From contig JAADVB010000004.1 of assembly GCA_023334545.1 (NCBI GenBank), positions 62,001 to 126,000 of the forward strand: a stretch of 64,000 nt of DNA, in the 5' to 3' direction. Positions 34,538 through 44,809 of the stretch are shown piece after piece. This stretch comes from Salisapilia sapeloensis CBS 127946. Lineage: Eukaryota; Protista; Oomycota. The notes beneath the pieces are model-generated. The model had not been told where the DNA came from. It ran no database searches and worked only from the letters and a program-made list of their open reading frames with translations. Position 1 is the stretch's first letter. Every line of letters begins with the position of its first letter. Both the position numbers and the translations under genes were made by a program.

Positions 34538-34692
34538 ATGCTACCGTAGCGTTATATGTCGAGAAAGACAAGTACCGACTATAATTTCTTGTACGAGACG
34601 TTTAAAACGCGCCAAAAAACGAGCGGGAAAATACGTTTAGTATCGACCTACCGAAGCCATTATCAAGTCGACGAGATACTTCTGGGTTAGAG

Positions 34693-36931
34693 ATGGAGAG
34701 TATCTTACAAGTGGAGGTATGTATACTTGTGACATATATCACTTCCATCTGCTTATGGCCCTGTTATGTCTTAGTGTGCTTCTCCAGTGACGTTGGAACG
34801 AACTGTCGATGGCACGGTCCAGCGTGAACAAGTCGGTGGTACGATGCAGCTGAAAAAGGAGTTTGGCAACGCACGTCTCGTTGCAGACGATCAGATCTTG
34901 TGGACCAAAGGTGCTCATTTTTCCATGACGGACGCTACGTCCACTGCTGGGCCAGTCTGGAGCGTCAGTGTTGGCAATGCCGCTCGACGATTCTACTTTG
35001 ACTTGCATCGTTCGGACACGAGCAATCAGTTCCTGAGCGAGCTGCAAGACCAGATCGAAGGGAACGATGCGCGACGAAAGGTACAGAAGATCAGGAAGAC
35101 TTCTACGGACGAAGCGGACGATATCCCGGATACCATTCGCAGTCCCAAAGCCAAGCGCAAGTCGTGGCCGATGGAAAATAACGCAGCCACACCTTCCAAA
35201 CAAGCTGTGCAGTCTCCTTTCCGGTCTCCATTCCGTCGACAAGCCACTCCGAACTCTTCCAAGAGGACAGTCCGCTCTGCACCGCCACTGTACACTTCAC
35301 CTCGAGGCGCGATGAAACGAAAAGAACGAGGGACCCCTGAGGAAGAGAAGACACAAGGCAAGAAACGTCGAACAGTTTCTAGTATGGACCGCTTCGTCAG
35401 CAAGTCGAACCGATCTCTTCTGGATGATCTCAATCGAGTCCCGAATGACAAGGCAGAAACTCATACAGGCATGACACAAGAGATGGATGAGACTGAATTG
35501 GAAGAAAAGATGATGTCACCTACCAAGAACAATTATCCTACGACGCCTGCTCTTCCATCCGTCGTGGAGGAGACGAGTCAAGACATACCGGAGCCGACTC
35601 CACCCAAGTGTCGACACGGACTGTTGAATCTGGGCAACTTTTGCTACATGAACGTCATCCTCCAGTCTCTCTCTGCTCTTCCTCACTTTAGCCAAGAAAG
35701 CATCCAGCACGATGACTTGATCACGATCATTCGAAAGCAGCTCGGCAGCTCCTATCGTCGGAAGCTCCAGGATGAGGACATTCGGAACTACTTGAAGGAA
35801 TGGAAAGAAAAGCAAGAGACGCCAGTATCGACCGAGTTGGAGCATTTGATTGACCAAGTGGTGCACGGGAGTGAGACTTCTATCAACCCAGAGCCTCTGA
35901 AAATGGCTATCGGTCGCCAAATCGAAATGTTCGCTTCCTCCAGCCAACAAGACGCGCACGAGTTCCTCATCAGTCTCTTGGATGTGTATGAAAAAGAGCT
36001 CGTGACACTTGTACGAGGTGTCTGTCAGCTCATTCACGACAAGTGCCGGCCTCGAGCTTCTATCACAAGTACCATCACCGAGTACTTTCGGTCTCCTGCT
36101 GCTCCGACCATGTCCGACGAGGATCTCACCAGGCAGCTTTTACCTGCCAAGAGTCTTCAAGGAGAATTGAAGCGTACGCTCACTTGCACCGAGTGTGGCG
36201 ACACGCGTCAAAGCGCCGAGTCTTTCACGAACTTTTCACTCGACCTGCCACGAAGGCACAGTCGAGAGCCTACTTCTCCATCCGCACCTCAATGCTACTG
36301 CGGCACACTAGCACAGGTGCAAGAGAAGGACGACGGCAAGTTCCGAGTCTGTCAACGAAGCCAGTGCAGTTTTATGGAAAAGGAGCGCATCGTGTCTCCA
36401 TCCACGTCAACGGAATCTGTTGACAACACGCCAATTCCGCTGGAAGAGGTCGTGCGAAAACAGTTTGAGATGGAGACACTGGAACTTCGGTGCGAAAAGT
36501 GTCCGGACGGTGTACGAGCCGAGTGTCGACATGTCGTCAAGAGCTTACCACCCACTCTTGTCTTCCACTTGAAACGATTCGAGATGGACTTTACGAGCGG
36601 AGAATTGTATAAACGGTGTGATGCTGTCAAGGCGCCAAAGGAGATCCGTCCAAGACCTTGTGTGGATCAGACGGAGGACGAAAAGGCCGAGGTCTACGCA
36701 CTCAAAAGTATCGTGCATCACATTGGACGTAGTATAGGCGGTGGCCACTATATTGCGGATGTCTGTGGTGCGGATGGCGTGTGGAGGCGGCGGAACGATA
36801 CGATTGAGACTGTTATTAGCGAAGAGTTTGCTCTGGAAGCGACGCACAACCAAGAGTCCTGCTACCTCTTATTCTACGTCCGAGTGGAGGCCAGCGGAGA
36901 CGACAAGGAGAACGCTCGGTCAGGTCGATAG
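34693..36931 (+). CDS. Ubiquitin-specific protease (USP26/29/37-like) with N-terminal PH-like region
   Basis: Cys box GLLNLGNFCYMNVILQSL, QQDAHEF, LVFHLKRF, His box YALKSIVHHIG...GGHYIAD..WRRRND, CYLLFY. The ORF track starts at a GTG. A short exon 1 (ATG 34693, MESILQVE, donor GTATGT) splices in phase to the TTAG at ~34774. Confidence 0.88.
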
Positions 36932-37166
36932 GGTGTATAACATGGAAAATCTATATATATTGCGTTGGGAAGAAACGAAAGAATTTAGACTTGCATGCTC
37001 ATCCACTATCCATCAACCTCTTCATCAGATAAATTCACCGTCTCGTAACGACACTCGATCAGCCTTTGTACAAGAGAAACTGCACATAACTTCAAGTTGG
37101 TAATTTCACCAACTTGACAACGAAAAGTGACAACGAATCGAAAGACCAGCTTGACGACACTCTACC

Positions 37167-38813
37167 ATGCCTTTGGAGTGCGCTGCGTGCGAAGAGACAA
37201 AAGGAATCAACAAGTAAATTTGCTCCATATGTACTCATGGGCAGCTAGCACTATATCGTACCAATGTTGGCTTTCTGGCTATTGCTAGATTCCCTGGAGA
37301 CCAGCGCAAGCGTGCGCGGCCCGTCTGCAAAATATGCGTTCGGGCGAATAAAGATCCAAAGCCACTTCCTGACATCCAAAAGTAACCATTCTGATGCGTT
37401 AAGTGTATTAAACAGTATGAAGGACTGAATGGAACTTTCAGTGCGGATCCAGGTGCAAGTGGCGTGGATGCGTACGAGCTGATGAAAGTTATTGGCCAAG
37501 GTGCTTTCGGCCGAGTCTTCCTCGTGTGTCATCGAACGACTAGAAAGATTCAAGCGATGAAAGTGATTAGTAAAAAAGTCTTAATCGAGCGTGAAAGCGT
37601 GCGGTATCTACTGAGCGAACGAGACGTGATGACAAAAATTCGTCACCCGTTTGTTATCCATTTGACTGCATCCTTCCAGTCAGACTCCAAAGTGTACCTT
37701 GTGATGGACTATCAGTCAGGTGGCGAGCTCTTCTCTTACTTGCGCTCCCAAGGCACATTCGACGAGGACACCACTCGCTTCTACATTGCAGAGATGGTCT
37801 TGGCGCTCGAACACTTGCACACCAAAGGCATAATCCACAGAGACTTGAAGCCTGAGAACGTCCTCTTATCCGCCGATGGTCATATCAAGATCACTGACTT
37901 CGGCCTCGCACGAGAGTATCAAGAAGTGCCTCTTGCGTTCATTCATCCTAAACAAACACATTAATAGTATGCCATAGGGAGAAGAGCTTTTGACTGTGTG
38001 TGGTACGAAAGAGTACATGGCTCCAGAGATGATTTTAGGAAAAGGATATACGCAGGTATGCCAGCTTCTCGCACTTGCATTTGAGATACATGTCATAAAG
38101 TCTATGTGAGTAGGCAGTCGACTGGTACTCTCTTGGTGCATTGGCGCATGAAATGCTCATCGGCCGGCCTCCTTTCGAGTCCAAGAACAACAGGGATTTG
38201 CATCAAAAGATCCTTACTTCCAAAGTAGTTTATCTGCACACCTTTTCCACGTACGTCATTAACCTCTGTTTGATTAACCATAGCTTCAACTTCCGAATTG
38301 GCTGTCCAAAGACGCGCATTCTCTGCTCAAGTCGTTGCTAGAGCGAAATGTGAACAAACGTTTAGGTGCTGGAAAGTCCTCAATGTTCATCGTTCGAGGA
38401 GATCTAGCTGTCAAGCGCCATCCTTTCTTCAAAGTAGCCTCATCGTCTTTTACGCAATGAGTATATCATCTTCTTACATGCATACATAGGGCGTCGATTG
38501 GAAAGCCTTGGAGAAGGAGCTTATGGATCCACCATACCTGCCAAAAGTTGCTCATGAAGCTGACACGCAAAATTTTGACACTGAATTTACTCGCATGGCT
38601 GCTTCCGATGTGTCCTGTGAGGCTGTTGAAGATGAGGATGAGAATCGACTATTCCATGGCTTCTCCTTCTACGGTCCTGAGGAGTTACCGGTATTCACTC
38701 GCGCAAGCTCCTCTAGTAAACAGTCGCCAGAACTTCGCCACCGCCTCTCTAGCCTTGTCCTTGATAATGCACCCTTGGATAGTTGGGAAGAAGCGATCGC
38801 GTCGGACACATGA
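37167..38813 (+). CDS. AGC-family Ser/Thr kinase, S6K/Sch9-like, with spliced N-terminal C4 zinc ribbon; multi-exon
   Basis: IGQGAFGRV, AMKVISK, YLVMDYQSGGELF, HRDLKPEN, ITDFGLA, TVCGTKEYMAPE, VDWYSLG, turn motif DTQNFDTEFT, hydrophobic motif FHGFSF. Upstream exons 37167-37213 and 37289-37381 join in frame at 37442. Confidence 0.9.
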
Positions 38814-39386
38814 AGGTTCACTTGCTTAGCGCTACTGGCCGTAATCGACTTTAGGTGGTATCAGTTGAAAACACTCGAAATGAGTAATGAAAGAGTCGTT
38901 TAAGCATTTCGTCTTGCACAAGCTTCCTTTCAGTTCCGCTCATGAAAGCGCGTCGATTAACAGTCGAGGGAGATGGTAGCGATAGGCAGGGTTAATTCGT
39001 ACTATAATCGAGGTAGCAACTTTATTGGCTCAATGTCAAGAGTACTTGTGTTATGTACTACGATGCATGGAAACGGTGAGTGAAACAAGGCTGCTCTTAT
39101 TTCCTTAACAAGACGTTCAGCTGCCGTCTTGAAGATACTCAAAGAAAGTTTGTACCAAAGCTAAATCAAGTTGACTTCGGGCTTACAGTATCGGAGTTTC
39201 ACACTGCATTTCGAATGAATAATCTTCCAGCATAATGCCTTGTGTCCATTTATCTTTAACGCAGGTGGAAATGACCATACAAGGTTGAATGAACGTGAAA
39301 TGCGCCAATGAACTTTACGCGGAAGCAATTACAAGATATTGACCATGCGTCCAACGTGAATGTCAAAGGTATGTCTATTCTCTCTC

Positions 39387-41558
39387 TTACTTGTCCTTCT
39401 TCTCCAGCTTGGCGGCCAAGATATCAATGTCCTTAAACTGACGCGTCCAGCGTGAATTGTACAAGAACGGGCGAAGGTCGAAGCGATTGTCATCGGGAGA
39501 GTAGTTCTCAGCATGGTACGAAGGTGTTAGCGTAGTCATCTTGTGGCGGTTGACACTGTAGTAGAAGAAGAAGCGCTTCACCTTCTCCGCTACCGCTGCA
39601 GGACCCACATGGTCCCAGACGTGCACCAGTTTTCGGAACATCCAGTATGGACCACATCGATCGATCTTACGCAGACGTCCAAAGTACCCGAGCTCTTCGT
39701 ATGACATACCCATGTCTTCTTCATCCAATTGAGAGTGGTCATCTTCCTCCTGCGCACTCGTGGGTCTCAATTCGGCTGTCGGTGGTGCCTCAACAACTGT
39801 TTTGAGGGATGGATAGCTGTACTTATCGCCAGCCCAACGCAACAGTTTCTTCAAATCTCCCTTTGACACTGCCCCAATCGGATTCAAATCTCCACTGCTG
39901 CAGTCATACTTTGTCATGTACCCTCGCAACGCTTCATCCACATTCGCGCTCGACAGAACAAGCAAGAATCCGGGCTTGGAGCGCACCCATGGCAATAGTT
40001 GCGCTAAGAGGTACGCCATGACCATGCGCAGTCTCGCCTGGATGTTCTGCAACGCCAAGTCCTGCTGCAATGTACCTCCTTGCGACATATACTTTGGCGT
40101 CTTGCCCGTCAGCAAAGCAAATGTCTGGATCACAGCACCGACCATGGTGTCCATGATCATGTGCAGGTGGTAGCTGCCGATCTCATCTGCTAAACTCTGA
40201 GCACGCTGCTGCGTAGCCTTAGAGCTATTCTCCGTGCCCATGTACGTCGTATGCAAAATGTGGTTGGCGAGCTCTTGAGGTGTCATCGATTGATATTCTT
40301 CTCCACTCTTGCCAGTAATACGCTGCACATCCGAAATCACTTGTTTGTCTCCATTATTCGCAGCTTCCGTCACCAAGTGACACATGACACCGACGATGGC
40401 AGCAACGGACGAAGAATCGGCACCACCAGATAGCGGCAGGAAGAAGCCGCTACCTCCACTACGACGAAGGTAGTCCCAGAGCCAGCACGCTGGACCTAGT
40501 GCGATCTCTTCCTCTGGAACGTGGTACTGCACGTCCATGTGCGGTGATGGGCTCTTGAACAAACTTTCGTCGTGGCAAAGACTGAAGTCGACGTTGATTT
40601 GGGGGACAGTAGGCGATTGAGCACTTGCCTGCTCACTCCTACTGCTGCACGAGCCACGATACGACCGGACGTCATCTAGATCAATGGTAGCAGTCACGAC
40701 CTCCACGTCTTTCACGGAGAATTGGGAGCCTTGCGCGACCACTTGGCCATTGACCACGATGATTGCACAGCCGTCATAGTACATGCGGTTACCGTCGCAG
40801 CCCTGCTGGTTCGCATACAGGTACACGCCTCCGCTCTTCGTTGTCGCTCCACGGATTAAGTCCATACGCTGATGCAGCTTTCGAAGCTATAGACAGGTCG
40901 TTAGTATATTTAAAAGGCATTATGAGGTCGTAGGCAGAAGTACCTGGTGGTGGGATCCAGATCCGTTGCCGACGATCTCAACGCCAGCAAGCCCCAAGTT
41001 GATGTGGGGACTGTCGGGCGTGAAGAGCTCTTCACATGTTTCAGACGAACAGGACGTATCCAAAGTCGATAGGATACCGTTGCCAAACGGCACACGAACG
41101 GCACCCGTGAGCTTTTGAATGGTGGGAGGAAGGACAAATGTGTCTAGTTTGGATGTGTTCTTCCACGTCGTGAACCAACGCGTTTCACGGTAGTTTCCGT
41201 CGTCTGCCAGGAAGAGCTTTGGACGGATAAAAAGGATCTGGCGATCGAGACAAAAGACACGGCAGTTGTACCGGACGCCCTGGTGCAGCACAGGCATACC
41301 GATGTCACACAAGATCCCGTCCGTCACATCGCTATCAAGGAGCGAGTGGAGAGACTCCCAGCAGTGGAAGAACGTGTCTTGCTCGAGAAAATGATCTTCG
41401 CAGCCATAGCCACAGACTTCGAGCTCCGGTCCGACACGATAGGTAGCGCCAGCCTCTTTTGCCTCTCGGATGGAAGTGATGATACGTTCCAAGTTCCCAT
41501 CAAAGTCTAGAGACCATTGGTTCAGGTTACACGTCGCGACGGTGACCAAGGCACTCAT
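39387..41558 (-). CDS. NADSYN1: Glutamine-dependent NAD+ synthetase; 2 exons
   Basis: [42 protein letters not shown]|LRKL; [69 protein letters not shown]. Confidence 0.97.
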
Positions 41559-42176
41559 CTTGGGAGCTTTAGGTCGGTTTTAGTTGTGATGTCGCGGATG
41601 CGAGGTAGGCTATCACGATTGGTTGAAAAGGAGTATATAGATAGATATGATTGGCTTGATTTTCCTTGTAGTCGCGTGGAAGCTGACTTCGGATCTTTAA
41701 GGGTCGTATGAACTTCAAATTAGAGTGATTGTCATCGGAGACAAGGATATCGACAACGGATCGTACGTATAATAATTTGCCAACAGTACGCTCCATTCTG
41801 CTCACAATTGCTTTCAATTCCAATTAATATTTCAGCAGGGTGATGCAAAAGGCTTCTGCTATGGTATGACAAAGACCGTTTCATTCCCACGCGCTTGAGT
41901 GTTTTTAGAACCTCGACACTAGCATGATATCACATGACACTAACTTCTATGAACGCTTGCAAGTGCACACAAAAGCAGTCTACAGAAACTACGTTCGCTA
42001 AAGGTACGCATGAAGAAAAGACGACAGGCTTGGTATCGAACGCCTCTATGCCGATGTGCGCCACCCACACTCTTCTCGGCTTTTGCCCATTCCAAGAAAA
42101 ACCGCAGCGAGGCGAAAAGCAGGAGCAAGAACATCCGCACAAACATCTTCACCAGCTAGCTGCACTCCTCTACATC

Positions 42177-43687
42177 ATGAGCTCTCAATGCTCAAAAGAT
42201 TTATTGCTTTTTGTTGGCGCGAAATCGCCACCGTCTTCGACGACGACTTCGCTTCCATCACTCTGTCAGCTACAGTCGTCCACCACTTCAACGCAGATGC
42301 TTTTCGCATCTCGCAGTAGCTCTCCATCCATTCCTTCAGACCTCTCGACAATCACTCCACCAGCTACAGTCGAATGGCCTACACAGAACTACCAAAGGTT
42401 TCCACCGTCGACCCTCTAAGCCATCTACCCACCTGTCAACTGACTATGATATAGATACGTACAGTCAGCATGGGATGAAGTAGTTGGGTCCATGGAGCCT
42501 ATGCAGTACTCTAGTCCTGACATTGAGCGTTGCATGGCTGAGCTACGCAGCTACGAAGACATGGGTACCGAATTGTGCGTTTCTGGCGAAGAGTTCTTTA
42601 GCAGCCCACGCATTCCAAGTCCTTCCCTGCTACCGTCGCAATACTTTATGAACCTTGTCCAGGATGCCCAGTGTACCAGTAGGCTTGTTTTATTATCCAA
42701 TGCTGCTACTCGAATTCTACAAAGCTTACATGTACTCGCAGACCCGCCAGAACTTGCACCTGTTGTTCTCAAAGAAGAGCAGTATTTAGCTCCAAGTAGA
42801 AAACACGACGATTGTCCCGCCCGTAATACCAGACGACGTGGTAAACAGGCACTCAGTACGTCGATAACATCGGGTAAATATATGTTCACTCAATCATCAG
42901 CAGTGGTCCAAACCCAACCTACTTTAGGTGCTAGTCTAGCCGGTCAGCCGCACTACGATACGTTCAGTCAAATGACTGCGAATGAAGAGTGCACGGATGA
43001 AGTGGGAGAAGCAAAGGAAGACGTGTCTCAACCCTCCACTTCATCAAAGCGAAGTGTGCGCAGATATGGCAGCAAGAATCGGAAAGTGAAGAATTGCTCT
43101 ATGCCAGGTTGCAACAAAGGAGCTCGGTCAAAAGGATTGTGCAAGCGTCATGGTGGCGGAAAGCGATGCACCAATCCAAACTGTAACCGCAGTGATCAAG
43201 GCGGAGGTTTCTGCATTGCGCACGGTGGCGGTAACTACTCTTGTGTATTACCCTGGAAAGATAGTCGATTACGTTATTTTGGTTTGTAGGTAAGCGATGT
43301 GCATTCGAGGGCTGCAAGAACTCTGCGCAATGCCGTGGTGTGTGCAAGACTCATGGAGGTATATAATATAGCGATGACACAGAAGCATAACTTGAGATCG
43401 AATACGTGCGCATGAAAGGTGGTCGCAAGTGCAAGTGGGATGGCTGCGACAAAGGCGCACAAAAAGGAGGATACTGTCGAGCGCACACAACTGCTCTGCG
43501 AGGAGGACCAAGTAAAGCTTTAACTATTGCCGAGATAACCTCTTCCGATAGTCAAGAAAGCGTGACGAAGACAGCGCCAGCTATGCAGTCTATCCAGCTT
43601 CCGGGATATGCGCTTGACGAGGACAAGGAGAATGTCCCGCCTCCACCAAAGTCTTCTAGCGGCAAGAAAATGCAAGCACTTGTCTGA
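42177..43687 (+). CDS. WRKY19-like C-x4-C...C-x2-H-GGG zinc-finger repeat protein (putative transcription factor); 4 exons
   Basis: Four repeats: CSMPGCNKGARSKGLCKRHGGG, CTNPNCNRSDQGGGFCIAHGGG, CAFEGCKNSAQCRGVCKTHGGG, CKWDGCDKGAQKGGYCRAH. Intron 42398-42454 joins ORF 41934-42419 in frame to ORF 42492. Start is uncertain (42177, 42297 or 42492). Confidence 0.8.
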
Positions 43688-44047
43688 ATGAACGAGCAAC
43701 AAACTGGATGTTGGTCACGCGTGGCCTTCTTAGGAAGATTCAAGTCTGCTTAACACGAATTTCTTTGCAGCAAGCACAAACTGTTTCTTTTTCACTACGA
43801 CATAAAATGCATTCATTAATAGCTTCCTAACTCTATTACTACCTACTTGCCGTTTGATTGCTCTCGCGAAGAGTTGTCCCTCTGCATTGACAGTTAGCTA
43901 TCTAAACTCGTCGCTATTCGTGCATTGGATTGGTATCTCGAAAGAAATTGCTCACTTTGCTTCAGTAAATGTCTGGTGCGTATTTAATATGGCATCACTC
44001 TAGATGCGCATGGTACTCCTCATGCCAAACACATCTGATCTCGCACG

Positions 44048-44691
44048 ATGGAGGACGCTGTGGTCATATTTACCTCTCCTTTGCTCATCTATACACGACC
44101 AAACTAACCTTTACGTATGATTCTACCTTGTTGAATCCTCTTGTTTGATACTGCAGTACGATTTCACGTCTATCCAAGACGAAGTGAAGAAGATCGCGCA
44201 AGAGGTATAAATCAGCCATGACTTGCTTTCGTACAATTTGTTCACCACCATTGCTTCCAGCTTTGTCTAGTCTGCTCACATGGCTCCAAAACATAGATAC
44301 CACCTTTGGTACTAGCTGAAAAGACGTACCATGCTGCTGACGTCCACAAGTGGACAAGTGAGATTTCCAGCATGTGCCTTAAGCGACTCAAAGACGTTGC
44401 CAAAGGCTCCGCTGGCTTCAAATTTATCGGTACTTTATCCTCATCATTCATGTAAGTATCCGTTTATCCTTACTTAGTGCATCTAGTAAACTGCACAGTC
44501 TTGCAAAAGCGAAATGCCGGCTTCCACACCAACTCCACTTGCTTCTGGGATGCAGAACGTGACGGTATGTTCCAACTGCAAAGAAAACTTCCATCGACCT
44601 CTCACACTCGTATGCAGGAAGCATTGCGATCCGATGGGAAAACGGCACGATGACATGCGTCCTCACCGTCTATTGCATCAGTCTCCAGTAG
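44048..44691 (+). CDS. DYNLT1: Dynein light chain Tctex-type; 5 exons (missed by ORF track)
   Basis: Exons 44048-44062, 44157-44204, 44297-44429, 44487-44564 and 44618-44691 give about 115 aa including KWTSEISSMCLKRL...FKFIVNCTVLQKRNAGFHTNSTCFWDAERDGSIAIRWENGTMTCVLTVYCI, a clear Tctex-1 pattern. Confidence 0.88.
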
Positions 44692-44809
44692 TATCCACAC
44701 TGATTGTAGTTAGGTTCCAAGTGCACTTTGTTTGAAATCGCTTTATGATCCTTCTTTCAACATACTGTATCTACAATTACTCGTACTGACACCATCTGCA
44801 GTCGTCAGC

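Noticed and set aside
26360-34651. Exact 13-mer AGTATCGACCTAC in two upstream regions (26360 and 34639)
   Set aside because: Dozens of 13-mer matches are expected by chance in 64 kb, and two copies are not enough to call a motif.
39099-39112. U12-type branch site (TTCCTTAAC), and an AT-AC donor-like ATATCCTTT at 63489
   Set aside because: Neither has a matching U12 partner signal in a gene context. The upstream donor at 39076 is U2-type, and 63489 is on the strand opposite the local gene.
42188-42319. 43-aa alternative-frame uORF MLKRFIAFCWRE...
   Set aside because: It overlaps the likely first coding exon of the zinc-finger gene in another frame, with no independent support.
44085-44666. 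Minus-strand ORFs suggesting a separate gene
   Set aside because: The region is fully explained by the plus-strand five-exon Tctex-1 gene.
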